Virus record (IMG/VR): IMGVR_UViG_3300029951_000013
Location: 1-64,000 of that record
Source: a virus
Length of the DNA stretch: 64,000 nt
Reading direction: 5' to 3' (one strand)
Part shown: positions 45,151 through 54,734 of the stretch, piece after piece
How positions within the stretch are numbered: the first letter of the stretch is position 1
How the letters are laid out: each line of letters opens with the position of its first letter
Notes under the pieces: model-generated
Databases searched by the model: none
Told to the model about the DNA's origin: nothing
What the model saw: the letters and a program-made list of their open reading frames with translations, nothing else
Position numbers and translations under genes: made by a program

Positions 45151-46953
45151 TCAGAGGTTGGGCTGGCCGCCGGTAGCGAGGCTGGCGACGCCCTGGCCGC
45201 TGACCATGAAGGTCAGCGTGTAGAGGCGGGACTCGTGGCCGACCTTGGCCACCAGGTGCGCCTCTTCTGCCCAGGCCGCGGTGAAGTCGTTCTCCGCGTT
45301 GAGGATGGAGTCCCGGATCACGCCGAGGTCCAGGCTCAGACCCGTGCCGTGCAGGAACGTCCCGGCGGCGTACATCATGAACTGCACCGTGGTCGGCCAC
45401 GCGGTCATCTGGGCTGCGGCCTGCCCGAACTGGCTGGCACCGCGCACCTGCCAGTCGCTGACGAACTGGACGGCCACGCCGCGGGTGGCGAACATGGCGA
45501 TGATCGCCGAGTCCGGGACCGACAGGGTGGAGTCGTCGCCGTAGGTGCGCCAGGTCAGGTCGGCCCGGATCGCAGCCAGCACCCACGTGGGGAGCACAAC
45601 CTCCAGGACGGCAGTGTCGCTCATGCCGAACCGGTTGCGGTAGTCGACCGCAGCCAGCTCGATGCCGTTCATGACGCCCTGGAAGGCGGGGACGGTAGCG
45701 CTGGCCGGAAGGGCTGCGGTGACGGTGGACGCGGCGGACATCAGCGAGATGAGCCTGGCGTTGATGACGTGAGCGTAGGCGTTGCGCAGCAGCCGCAGGA
45801 AGTTCTGCGCGGCCTCGGGGTACGCGCTGTCGGTCAGGTTGCCCGCGGTGAGCGTGATGCCGTAGACCTCAAGGCGCGAGTTGCTGAAGCTGGCGCAGGG
45901 TACCCGCAGGGTCGGCTTGTTGATCGAGCCGGTGACGGTGTTGATGTCGTCGGTCTCGCTCCACAGCCACGGGTCGCTCGTGTTGGCGAAGGTGGCCGCG
46001 AAACCGCCCATGCCGGTCGCCGGGTTGCTCCCGCCTGCGGTGAAGAACACGTCCTTGATGGACGGGCTGGTCGGGAATTGGATGCCGCCACGGCTGATCC
46101 CGACGGTCGGCAGGTCGATGATCCCGCTCGGCACGTCGGAGATGTTGAACAGGTCGTAGTAGATCTCGCTGGGCGCGCACCATCCGCCGCCGGCAAGGAG
46201 TGCCTGCTGCTTGTCGCCGCCGGTCAGCTCCCGGACCAGGCGGTCGATCTGCGCCGGGCCCGTGCGCTCGTCCACCGTGTGGGTGAACTGGTTCTGGATC
46301 GAGGCGACGGGGTAGCGCGCGGCGCCCTGGCCCTGGGCCGTGGTCGGGATGTTGCTGGCCCGCTGGATGAACGCGTCAGCCATCGCCTCCATCGAGACGA
46401 CCACGCCGCCGGAGGCCACGCCGCGCTTCGGAATATCCACCGAGGCAGTGATCACCTTGAGGTTCGCCTTGGCCGGGGCGACGCCCGGGTCCGGCGCGAA
46501 CTGCCTCGAGGCGCTGAGGCTGGCGGCCTGGCGGACCACGTCCGCCGGGCTGTTGCCGCCGCGTCCGCTGCCCATCGCGGCGACCAGGCCCTGGGTGACA
46601 CCGCGGGCTGCCGCAGCAGCGACGGCCTCCAGGTCGCCGGTGGTCTGCGATGCGGCTGCCGGATCGGCCGGCCCGTGGACCCGCTCGCTCAGCTTGGCCA
46701 TCGCCTGCGCGGCGGTGTCCTTGGCCGCGGTGGCCTTCAGTTCGGCACGCACGTCGCGGACGCGCAGCTCCTCGTTGATCCGGTCCAGGTCGTCGGCCAC
46801 CGAAGTGGCCTGCTGGAGGATCTCCGGGGTCAGGTCGTCCTGGCCGTGGACCCGCTCGAACGCGGCGACAGCCTGGTCCCGCAGGGCGGCCAGTTCGGCG
46901 TCACCCATGAGGGTGAGTTCGAGAGGGCAGGAAAAGACTTCGTCTCCCGACAC
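45151..46953 (-). CDS. Major capsid protein with N-terminal scaffold-like region
   Basis: AGGGWCAPSE.YYD, DLP.V...RGGI, K....VPC, AYPE; GGAGG RBS before GTG 46953. Confidence 0.88.
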   Translation of the reverse strand: MSGDEVFSCPLELTLMGDAELAALRDQAVAAFERVHGQDDLTPEILQQATSVADDLDRINEELRVRDVRAELKATAAKDTAAQAMAKLSERVHGPADPAAASQTTGDLEAVAAAAARGVTQGLVAAMGSGRGGNSPADVVRQAASLSASRQFAPDPGVAPAKANLKVITASVDIPKRGVASGGVVVSMEAMADAFIQRASNIPTTAQGQGAARYPVASIQNQFTHTVDERTGPAQIDRLVRELTGGDKQQALLAGGGWCAPSEIYYDLFNISDVPSGIIDLPTVGISRGGIQFPTSPSIKDVFFTAGGSNPATGMGGFAATFANTSDPWLWSETDDINTVTGSINKPTLRVPCASFSNSRLEVYGITLTAGNLTDSAYPEAAQNFLRLLRNAYAHVINARLISLMSAASTVTAALPASATVPAFQGVMNGIELAAVDYRNRFGMSDTAVLEVVLPTWVLAAIRADLTWRTYGDDSTLSVPDSAIIAMFATRGVAVQFVSDWQVRGASQFGQAAAQMTAWPTTVQFMMYAAGTFLHGTGLSLDLGVIRDSILNAENDFTAAWAEEAHLVAKVGHESRLYTLTFMVSGQGVASLATGGQPNL

Positions 46954-47051
46954 AACAGCCTCCAAGGCGGGCGGGGTGGCATCTGCCCGAACCGTACGCC
47001 CGACCTTGGAAATAGCAAGGAGAAGCTTTTCACTTCACCGAATCGGTGAAA

Positions 47052-47195
47052 TTAAAGCGCTGCGACCTCAGAATTGTCGGATGTCTCTTGGGGGTCCCCC
47101 GCTGCCTCCGGGCCTGCCGCCTGCTGGATCGGCGCTGGTGCCTGGACGGGCGGTGTCTGGTACGGCGGGGGCAGCTGGTTGCCGCAGTTGCACAT
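47052..47195 (-). CDS. 47-aa MCNCG protein (not in the ORF track)
   Basis: AGGAGG RBS; MCNCGNQLPPPYQ... Confidence 0.6.
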   Translation of the reverse strand: MCNCGNQLPPPYQTPPVQAPAPIQQAAGPEAAGDPQETSDNSEVAAL

Positions 47196-47204
47196 CGTGT
47201 CCTC

Positions 47205-47318
47205 CTAGACCGTGCGCTCGGTGAAGCGGAAGATCCGGGTGCCGAACTGCCACCAGGACGCCTTCCGCCGGGTGTTGCTGGCCACATCGAAGTACTCGGT
47301 GCGGTAGTAACCGATCAT
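47205..47318 (-). CDS. 37-aa hypothetical protein (not in the ORF track)
   Basis: ATGA coupling; MIGYYRTEYFDV... Confidence 0.45.
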   Translation of the reverse strand: MIGYYRTEYFDVASNTRRKASWWQFGTRIFRFTERTV

Positions 47319-50300
47319 GCGTCCGCCTTCACTCGTTTGGCCAGCATCTCCAGGACCCGGCGCATCGCCATCTGGTCCAGGTCGTGCTCGCTGGGTCCAG
47401 CCACGCCCGGCGCCACGGTGGGCTGACCTGCGGCGACCAGCGCCACCTGGGCCCCGGCGGAGACCCGGGCGCGCATACGCGGCACCGGGAACCCCGGCAC
47501 GTTGACGGCCAGCAGGCCGACCAGGCGCAGCTTGCCGCCGATGCGCCGCCAGTCGCCGGACACCTGGCCCGCCGCACGCAGTGCCGCCACCTTCCCCGCG
47601 TCCGCGTCAGCCCGGATCGAGCCGGCGACCCAGATGCCGTGGACGTCGTTGCCCACGACCACGTCGGCCACTGCCCATCCGGTGTGGTCGTAGTGCTCCT
47701 TGGCCGCCTGGGCCCCGACGTTGAGGCTGGCGTGGCCGGTGCCGACGGTGATCTGGCCGACGGAGGCGGTAGTGCCGTCGTCCAGGCCGACCTCCCCGGT
47801 CATGTAGTAGGCGTGGTAGTCCTCGCGCGGCGGCTGGACGCACTGCCCGGTCTGGCCGATGTGGCAGGTCCCCCACTGCGCGGCGTGGCCGTAGATCCGG
47901 CCGGAGTCGGACACGGTGATCGGGGTGGGCACCGACAACCCCGGGTCGGCGAACCACTCGGCGGGCGGAGTGTAGACGCCGAGGGAGGCGGTGACCGCCC
48001 CGGTCTCGTCAGGCTCCTCGACCTGGGCGGCCTCCCACTCGGCCGGGTCCATCGCGCCGCCGGCCACCACAGCGCCGGTGTCGGCGTCGGTGAGCTGGAT
48101 GTACGCGTCCTTGAACGCGGGTATGTCGCACAGGGTCGCCGCGCGGATCTGGCCGCCGTGGAAGATGACCTTCTCCGGCTGGGCGAAGAGCATGGCGAAG
48201 ATGTCCTCTTCGTCGTCGCCCTCGTTGTTCCGCTCGGGCCAGACCATCTCGATATCGGCATCGCCGATCGAGTCGGCGTCGATGCTGACTCCGCGGACGA
48301 AACGGCCCGCGATCTTGTCGCGCGCGGCCACGCCGTTCGGGTCGGAGAGGTCGAGGACGCCGGTGGCCTGGATCTGGTTGCCGACCCGCTGGATCGTGTC
48401 GATCCGGCCGACGTTGACCGCTACCGTCCTCGGCTCCCCGCCGTGGGAGTCCTGGATGTTCCAGCGCAACGGGATCGGCGGGTCCTGCCAGGTCAGCGCG
48501 TCCGGCGCGAACTCGCGGCCGTCGCCGGTGGTCACGCCCTCCACCGCGAGGACACCCGACCACGGCGCGGTCGGACCGCCGGGCGCGATGACCGGAGCAG
48601 GCTGGATCGCCGGGGCTCCGGTGGCTGCTGCGGCCTTGAGGTTGTCCGGCACCGGCTCCTTGATGGCGTTGTAGTGCGCCACCAGGTGGGACTTCGCCGC
48701 CGCGACGGCCGCCGGGCTGTGCCCGGTCAGGCTGCTAAACCGGCCTGCTGCCGCGGCCAGTCCGGCGCGGTTCAGCTCGCCGTCCGGGTCGTGGTGCGGC
48801 AGGAAGCACTCCTCCTCGGGAGTCCCGTTGCCGGGGTCGCAGGCGGCCGACGCCGTCTTGTACTGCACGGGGGTGAAGTTCGAGGGACTGCCGTCCCAGG
48901 GTGCGTCGCTGACGGTGTTGCTGGAGCCGAAGTGCGCAGCGTCGTCCGGGCACTCGGCGCAGGGCGCACCGCCGCTGTCGGACATGCCGCTGGGGGCGGT
49001 GCTCCCGTCCGGCTTGTTCTTGCTCAGCCGCTTGTCCTTGGCGGTCCCCTTGTTCGGCTTGCCGCCGAGCTCTTCCTCAACAACGGTGGTCACGGGCGTA
49101 CCCTCCTCGGCGGATGCCAGCATCCCCTGGTCCCAGACAGCGTAGATCGTGCCCCGGCAGTTACCGCCCCCTAGGCAGTCGGCATAGCCGCCGCCCGGGT
49201 AGGCGTCCTCGGCGTCGTCCAGCGAATTGAACGCCTTTCCGTCGACTGATTGACAGGGCTGACATGTCCGGTCGTCCAGAATCTCGGTGGCGTAGTAAGT
49301 GGCTGGAGGCGCGGCTTCCAGCACGGCGATGCGTCCGGCGTTCTGGGCAGCCGACATGGCCTCGCCCAGCCACTGCTTGTCGAAAGCGTCGGACAGGCCC
49401 TGTAGTGCCAACTCCACCTCGGACGCGAGCCTGATCCCGGAGAGGACGCTGAACAGGCCCATCGCGCGGTGCTTCGCGGCCTGCACCAGCCGGTTGCCCA
49501 TGGTGTCGGCGGCGATGGACGCCACCTGGCGCAGCAGGTCGAGACCGGCCAGCGCAGCGACCCGGCCCGGTTCCAGACTCCAAGGCGGGACGTGGACGCC
49601 CTGCTGCTCGGCCTCCTGCTGCTGCGCCACCCCGGCGGCCTGCGCAGTAGTGCGCATCCGGCCGTACAGGGTGTCGGCGGCCGTGTCCGTGGTGATGGAC
49701 AGCGTGGACAGGGCATCAGTGCCGCCGGCCAGGATCTGGTCCTTGATCTGGGTGCGCCAGTCGGCGGTGACCGCCTGCCAGTCCGTCAGGGCCCCGTTCA
49801 CGGCCTGCTGCCAGCTGCGCTGGTGTGCCGCGAAGTCGACGCGTGCGGCCAGCTCGGTGGCGTTCGGCAGGCGGCGGAACTCGTCCGGGCGCTTCGCCCG
49901 CTTCGGCTTAGCGGCGGCGGTGATCGCGGTGCCGGTCGCGGCCAGGCTCGCGGTCAGCGGGATGTCCGTGTCCTCGTTTCCGAAGCTGACGCGGATCCGG
50001 TCGAACGTCACCGGGCCGAGTTTCGCCTCCAGCGTGGAAGCCAGGCTCAGGTCGTCGGTGTAGGCAGCGCAGATGTGCGCCACCCACGGACTGTGCTGGT
50101 CCGGCAGCGGAACCGGATCGCCGCCGCGCTGCTGGTGGAGCATCAGCGCGTCCTGGACCGCCATGGCCGCCAGCTGGTGGAAGTCGTCCAACGGGCAGTC
50201 CGCAGCGTCGGCGTCCGGGTTGTCGCCGACGTTCCAGACCCAGGACGCGCCCGGGCTGTCGCCGTTCCAGTGTCCGATGCCGAAGACCTTGGTGGTGACT

Positions 50301-50632
50301 TGGTCCTGGTCGCCGGGGTACTGGTGCAGGGCGGCGATGATGTTCTGCTGCACTTCGGGCGGGAACGCCGAGGCGTCACCGCCGAGGAACATCAGCGTGC
50401 AGTGCAGCTCAGCCGCCACCTCGCCGCCCTTGACCGCGAGCCGCTTGGCATCGGCTGGAGTCGGCATCAGTGCGATCATGGCCCCGGAATGGGCGTCCGC
50501 GCCGGCGTCGGACGCCAGCATCCGGCGGCCGTGGGCGGACTGTACGTGGTGGCCGCGCTGATGGAGCTGCTCGACCACCGGCTGGCCGTCCCGGGTGCCG
50601 ATACGCAATCGGGACGGTGTTCCCTCAGACAT
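47315..50632 (-). CDS. Fusion of 2H phosphoesterase, MuF-like head morphogenesis domain and capsid maturation protease-like domain
   Basis: LHCTL and AHIC 2H motifs; EILDDRTC.PC..VDG...C.GG.NCRG; EG..TGDGR, GVSID, CHIG, SGDWR. Confidence 0.75.
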   Translation of the reverse strand: MSEGTPSRLRIGTRDGQPVVEQLHQRGHHVQSAHGRRMLASDAGADAHSGAMIALMPTPADAKRLAVKGGEVAAELHCTLMFLGGDASAFPPEVQQNIIAALHQYPGDQDQVTTKVFGIGHWNGDSPGASWVWNVGDNPDADAADCPLDDFHQLAAMAVQDALMLHQQRGGDPVPLPDQHSPWVAHICAAYTDDLSLASTLEAKLGPVTFDRIRVSFGNEDTDIPLTASLAATGTAITAAAKPKRAKRPDEFRRLPNATELAARVDFAAHQRSWQQAVNGALTDWQAVTADWRTQIKDQILAGGTDALSTLSITTDTAADTLYGRMRTTAQAAGVAQQQEAEQQGVHVPPWSLEPGRVAALAGLDLLRQVASIAADTMGNRLVQAAKHRAMGLFSVLSGIRLASEVELALQGLSDAFDKQWLGEAMSAAQNAGRIAVLEAAPPATYYATEILDDRTCQPCQSVDGKAFNSLDDAEDAYPGGGYADCLGGGNCRGTIYAVWDQGMLASAEEGTPVTTVVEEELGGKPNKGTAKDKRLSKNKPDGSTAPSGMSDSGGAPCAECPDDAAHFGSSNTVSDAPWDGSPSNFTPVQYKTASAACDPGNGTPEEECFLPHHDPDGELNRAGLAAAAGRFSSLTGHSPAAVAAAKSHLVAHYNAIKEPVPDNLKAAAATGAPAIQPAPVIAPGGPTAPWSGVLAVEGVTTGDGREFAPDALTWQDPPIPLRWNIQDSHGGEPRTVAVNVGRIDTIQRVGNQIQATGVLDLSDPNGVAARDKIAGRFVRGVSIDADSIGDADIEMVWPERNNEGDDEEDIFAMLFAQPEKVIFHGGQIRAATLCDIPAFKDAYIQLTDADTGAVVAGGAMDPAEWEAAQVEEPDETGAVTASLGVYTPPAEWFADPGLSVPTPITVSDSGRIYGHAAQWGTCHIGQTGQCVQPPREDYHAYYMTGEVGLDDGTTASVGQITVGTGHASLNVGAQAAKEHYDHTGWAVADVVVGNDVHGIWVAGSIRADADAGKVAALRAAGQVSGDWRRIGGKLRLVGLLAVNVPGFPVPRMRARVSAGAQVALVAAGQPTVAPGVAGPSEHDLDQMAMRRVLEMLAKRVKADA

Positions 50633-52490
50633 GAGCGCGGCCGTTCACCCGGCTGTGCGGAGTGACCAGGGTGGACTCCATGGCCGTCGTGTCCAGATAC
50701 GGCGACAGGCCGTCCAGGCGCACGCGGCCGAAGGCGTCCAGGTGGCACAGGTAGGTGCCGGGCGTTCCGGGGATCGCCGCCGGGGCGTCCTGCATCACCG
50801 CCTCGGTGAAGGGGCACGAATAGGAGTGGTCCCGGCAGACATCGGGGTGCCGCAGGTCCCAGCGTCCGTCCAGCCGGAACAGCACCGCGTGCTGGACCTT
50901 CCCCTGCCGCACCCGCCGCGCCAACTCCGGGTTGACCGCCGCCGCTTGGGTCGGCGGCCCTGCGGCGGGAGCCGGGGCAGCGGGCACCGTCGGTCCGGCG
51001 GGCGGCGTGTGCTCGTCCGGCTCGCCGGTCTGGCCGGGGGCCGGGATGACGCCCTGGATCTCCTGCGCCGCGCCCGGGCCGGAGGTGGCCGGGGTGACCA
51101 GCTCGGTGCCGGTCAGGACGTCCAGCGCACCGGGGGCCGCGCCGTGCGCGAGCCGGATCAGGGATTTGAGGCCCTGGTCCCGCAGATCCTGCGGAGTCGG
51201 TGCGTCGTCCTCGCTCATACCGATCTCGCGCCGGTACGCCTGCCCGCTCAATTCCAGCCGGTCGTAGGCGTTCTGAGCGTTGATGCTCTTGTCCGGACGG
51301 AGTGTCAGCTCGGACAGGTCGTACCAGACGACGATGCTGGGGTCGGTCACGCCAGCGGCTGCCAGCAGGGGCTGGAGGTAGCCTGTGGTCAGTGCGGCGC
51401 AGATGATCTCAGCCAGCGGAGCTATGTGGACCTTGAGTCCGGACTCCTCGACGGCCCACGCCGACCAGTGGTTACTGTCGCCCAGGCCGAGCATGACGTC
51501 CGAGGGGATGTCGAGCTGGGTGGCCACGCGGCGTATCGCCTGATCCCGCTTGTTGATCACCTGGTCGTCTATCTTGAGGGTGAAATCCAAGTGCTGGACG
51601 TCCTTGACCCACTCCGCCGGTACCCGCAGCGGGATCGGGATCACAGCGGATGCGGTTCCCGGCGTCTTGATCGCCTCGGCGGCGACCGTGATCCACTCCT
51701 CCATGAAGGGGTCTTCGGCGTCGGCGAACTCCTCGCGCGCCGGGAAGGACACCTCCTCCGGCAGGATCAGTACTCCCGCTGAGGCGAGGCGGCTCAGGTA
51801 CTGTGCCGTGATGTGCCGGTTGACCAGCTCCAGCTCCCGCATGGCGGTCAGCGCGGACCGGGCTGGGCTGGTGGCTAGGTGGTAGAAGCGGTCGTGTGGA
51901 CGCCACACCCGGATCGGGACCATGGAGTCCTCGGCCAGGGGCCGCCAGACCGTCCCCAGGTTCGGGTTGTTCTCGTCGGTGACCTCGTAGCCAGTCCGCC
52001 CGGTCACCGCGCCCACCGCGCGGACCTCGTCCACCGCGCGCACCTGCCAACGGTAGAGGCCGTTGACCTTCTCGCCGATCAGGTACCCCTCGCCGGGGAC
52101 CGAGAGCTGGACCGTGAGCCGCTTCATGATCTCGGACCGGCCGCCGATGCCGTTGCCGAGCTGCTGGATCAGGTCGGCGGCCGGTCCGGTGTCCAGGACG
52201 GTGGGCTCGTCGTTGCCGGGCTCCATCTGGCCCGCCCGGAGCCGTACCCGGGACAGCATGTTGGCCAGCCAGCTCACCCCGTAGTTGAACTCCCCCAGGG
52301 TGTCGAAGTACCCCCACACCTCGTTCTGCCAGCGGTCGGTGTGGCGCATGAACTGGGCGGAAGGCCCGGCGGCCGGGACGGCGGCGGCGGTGACCGCGGA
52401 CGGTTCGGCTGCGGCGGTCAGAGACGCGGGCTCAAGCCCGGCCTCGTCGGGCAGCATCCGCCGGTACCCGACGTTGTGGTACCAGGCCAT
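50625..52490 (-). CDS. Portal protein
   Basis: WQ.E.W..FD..GE, VWRPH.R....TSP.R, SRLA.AG.L, NHWSAW; GGAGG RBS. Confidence 0.85.
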   Translation of the reverse strand: MAWYHNVGYRRMLPDEAGLEPASLTAAAEPSAVTAAAVPAAGPSAQFMRHTDRWQNEVWGYFDTLGEFNYGVSWLANMLSRVRLRAGQMEPGNDEPTVLDTGPAADLIQQLGNGIGGRSEIMKRLTVQLSVPGEGYLIGEKVNGLYRWQVRAVDEVRAVGAVTGRTGYEVTDENNPNLGTVWRPLAEDSMVPIRVWRPHDRFYHLATSPARSALTAMRELELVNRHITAQYLSRLASAGVLILPEEVSFPAREEFADAEDPFMEEWITVAAEAIKTPGTASAVIPIPLRVPAEWVKDVQHLDFTLKIDDQVINKRDQAIRRVATQLDIPSDVMLGLGDSNHWSAWAVEESGLKVHIAPLAEIICAALTTGYLQPLLAAAGVTDPSIVVWYDLSELTLRPDKSINAQNAYDRLELSGQAYRREIGMSEDDAPTPQDLRDQGLKSLIRLAHGAAPGALDVLTGTELVTPATSGPGAAQEIQGVIPAPGQTGEPDEHTPPAGPTVPAAPAPAAGPPTQAAAVNPELARRVRQGKVQHAVLFRLDGRWDLRHPDVCRDHSYSCPFTEAVMQDAPAAIPGTPGTYLCHLDAFGRVRLDGLSPYLDTTAMESTLVTPHSRVNGRAHV

Positions 52491-52703
52491 AGCACTGTCC
52501 TCCCGCCGGTCCGGTTGGGCCCAAGGTACCGCCGGTTCCGGGGGCGATCGTCCCGGGCGCGATAGCGGCACCGCAGTCCCGGTCCGGCGCTGCGCTTGCC
52601 CGGGTACTGGGCGATCCACCAGACTCAGGGCAGTGCCCTTCCTGCACTGGCTCGGAATCGGGATGACAGGGCGGGACCACCGTGTTGGCGCACGGCCCGC
52701 CGG

Positions 52704-52737
52704 GAGCCGGCACCCCTGCAAGGGTGCCGGCTCTTTC
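52704..52737. terminator. Strong stem-loop
   Basis: GAGCCGGCACCC-6-GGGTGCCGGCTC then TTTCC. Confidence 0.55.
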
Positions 52738-52747
52738 CGTAGGCGTC

Positions 52748-52775
52748 GCTCTCGATAATCTGCCTTATCGAGAGC
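52748..52775. other. dif/loxP-like recombination site
   Basis: GCTCTCGATAA-TCTGCC-TTATCGAGAGC, perfect 11-6-11 inverted repeat 53 bp upstream of the recombinase. Confidence 0.75.
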
Positions 52776-52828
52776 CAGAATCAGCGTGTTTCTGCGATTC
52801 GATCAATCAGACCTGAGACAATCAGGTC

Positions 52829-53833
52829 ATGACACCAGGCGAACTGACCCTCTTCGGATCATCAGATCACGCGCAGGCCCTGGCAGACCGGGCTCTGTCC
52901 GACCGGACGCGCGACCGCCTGGAGCGGTCGGTGCCGGAGAACACCCGGCGAGCCTACGCCCGGCAGTGGACCCAGTTCGCGAACTGGTGCGCGGCGCAGG
53001 GCCGTACCGACCTCCCGGCCACCGGGCACACCCTGGCCGAGTACACCGGCCACCTCGCCGACCTCGACCGGGCGCCCGCGACGATCGAGCAGGCGATCGC
53101 CGCCGTCCGCACCGCGCACCGCACCGCCGGGTACCGCCAGCAGCCGGACACCTGTGACGCCCTGGCCGTCCTCAAGGTCCACAAACAGGACCGGGCGGAA
53201 GCCGGCAAGCGGAAGCGGAAGGCGCCCCCGGTCACCCTGGAGCCGCTGCGCGCCATGGTCGAAACTACCGACCCGGGCACCCTCGCCGGGAAGCGGGACC
53301 GCGCGCTGCTCGTCCTCGGCTTCGCCATGATGGCCCGCCGCTCCGAGCTGGCCGTTCTGCGCATCGCCGACATCAGGTTCACCGATGACGGGCTCACCGT
53401 CACCGTGCGGGCCAGCAAGACCGACCAGGACGCCGAAGGCGTCGAGGTCAACATCCCGGCCGGCGTTCACCCCGACACCGACCCCGTCCGGGTGGTCCGG
53501 GCGTGGCTGGCCGCCCTGGCCGGACTCGGGGTGACCGGGGGATCGCTGCTGCGCAGCGTCGACCGCTGGGGACGGCTCGGTGCGAGCATGACCGGCGAGG
53601 CCGTCAACGAGGCAGTACAGCGGCGGGCCGCTACGGCGGGTCTGGAGGACGCCGGGGCCTACAGCGCCCACGGCCTGCGGGCGGGCGGGCCCACCGAGGC
53701 CGCCCGGGCCGGGCACCCGGTCAGCTTTATCGCCGAGCACGGCCGCTGGTCCAAATCGTCGCCGGTGGTGTACGAGTACGTCCGCGCGGTAGACAAGTGG
53801 CGGGACAACCCGATGCGCGGGATCGGTCTCTGA
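52829..53833 (+). CDS. Cre-like tyrosine recombinase
   Basis: NTRRAY, RDRALL..GF...RRSEL, SKTDQ, HGLRAG, HGRW, YEY; no arm-binding N-terminal domain. Confidence 0.92.
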   Translation: MTPGELTLFGSSDHAQALADRALSDRTRDRLERSVPENTRRAYARQWTQFANWCAAQGRTDLPATGHTLAEYTGHLADLDRAPATIEQAIAAVRTAHRTAGYRQQPDTCDALAVLKVHKQDRAEAGKRKRKAPPVTLEPLRAMVETTDPGTLAGKRDRALLVLGFAMMARRSELAVLRIADIRFTDDGLTVTVRASKTDQDAEGVEVNIPAGVHPDTDPVRVVRAWLAALAGLGVTGGSLLRSVDRWGRLGASMTGEAVNEAVQRRAATAGLEDAGAYSAHGLRAGGPTEAARAGHPVSFIAEHGRWSKSSPVVYEYVRAVDKWRDNPMRGIGL

Positions 53834-53896
53834 CTGTCAGCTCCTCCTGACATCCTGAACCCGTTCTTCGAACCGCATGAAGTGGAGACAGACCTG

Positions 53897-54439
53897 ATGG
53901 ACGACGAACCGCGCGGTGCCCGTACCCACGCCATCCCATTGCCGCAGGCCCGGCAGGTCAAACGGGCGATCAACTCCCTGGACCTCGGCCTGGAGGTGCG
54001 CAGGCCGCCCGGCACGGTCCACCCGATGGGTGATCGCGGCGAAGCGGCGCAGTACCTCGGGATGCTGAAAGCCGTCGTGGCCCAGATGGAGTACGGCCTG
54101 CGGGGCGGCCCGCTCCAGAACGACGTGCAGAAGGGCTGGTTCCAGGGTTTCGACCGGGAGACGCCGCCCATCCTGGCGAACATCGCCTCGCAGGTACGGG
54201 AGTTGTCCGCGTTCGCCCGACAGGGCATCCTCCAGGTCCCGCACGCCTCGCAGCAGATGGGCGTCGCCGCTGCGGCTCTTCTGGCTGCGGCTCACGCGTT
54301 CGCCGCTGCCGCCGAGATCGCGGTGGGCCTCGACTCACCGAACTTCGATGAGAACAAGGTGGTCAGGCAATCCGAGCAGATGTACGAGGCGTTCAGTGTG
54401 CTCGCCGAGTACGTGGCCCAGAAGATGGACGGCCTCTGA
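53897..54439 (+). CDS. Hypothetical protein
   Basis: GGAG RBS; typical codon bias. Confidence 0.55.
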   Translation: MDDEPRGARTHAIPLPQARQVKRAINSLDLGLEVRRPPGTVHPMGDRGEAAQYLGMLKAVVAQMEYGLRGGPLQNDVQKGWFQGFDRETPPILANIASQVRELSAFARQGILQVPHASQQMGVAAAALLAAAHAFAAAAEIAVGLDSPNFDENKVVRQSEQMYEAFSVLAEYVAQKMDGL

Positions 54440-54445
54440 CCGGGG

Positions 54446-54733
54446 CTATTCCCGGGTGCCGACAGACTGCAACGCCGCGCGGTGCGCGTCCTGGACGTCC
54501 CGCGCGGTGAGCCTGTCGTCCGGGTGGTGCTTGCGGCAGACCGTATGGCCGCCGGCTGTGGTGTGGCGGCCGAGCCGCCAGCAGCCGTGGACCTCGCAGT
54601 TGTGCTTGCGCAGGACCATCAGCAGACCGCCGATGATGGTGATCTCGCCGAGGTCCGAGCCGATACCGGACCAGAACGAGTAGGCGTGCCCGGCGGCATT
54701 GGTGATGCCGAACCAGATCAGGAGTCCGTGCAC
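54446..54733 (-). CDS. Small membrane protein with C/H cluster
   Basis: YSFWSGIGSD, TM segment, HNC...GCWR.G.H...C.KHHP. Confidence 0.6.
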   Translation of the reverse strand: MHGLLIWFGITNAAGHAYSFWSGIGSDLGEITIIGGLLMVLRKHNCEVHGCWRLGRHTTAGGHTVCRKHHPDDRLTARDVQDAHRAALQSVGTRE

Positions 54734-54734
54734 G

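Noticed and set aside
50625-52721. ORF-track N-terminal extensions (portal from 52721; likewise SGNH from 41682, TerS from 62931, epimerase from 12622)
   Set aside because: Downstream starts have clear RBS or translational coupling, and the extensions are low-complexity
52829-53833. Lambda-type integrase with attP
   Set aside because: No arm-binding domain, the adjacent site is a simple symmetric core, and no prophage boundary or host genes are visible in the window
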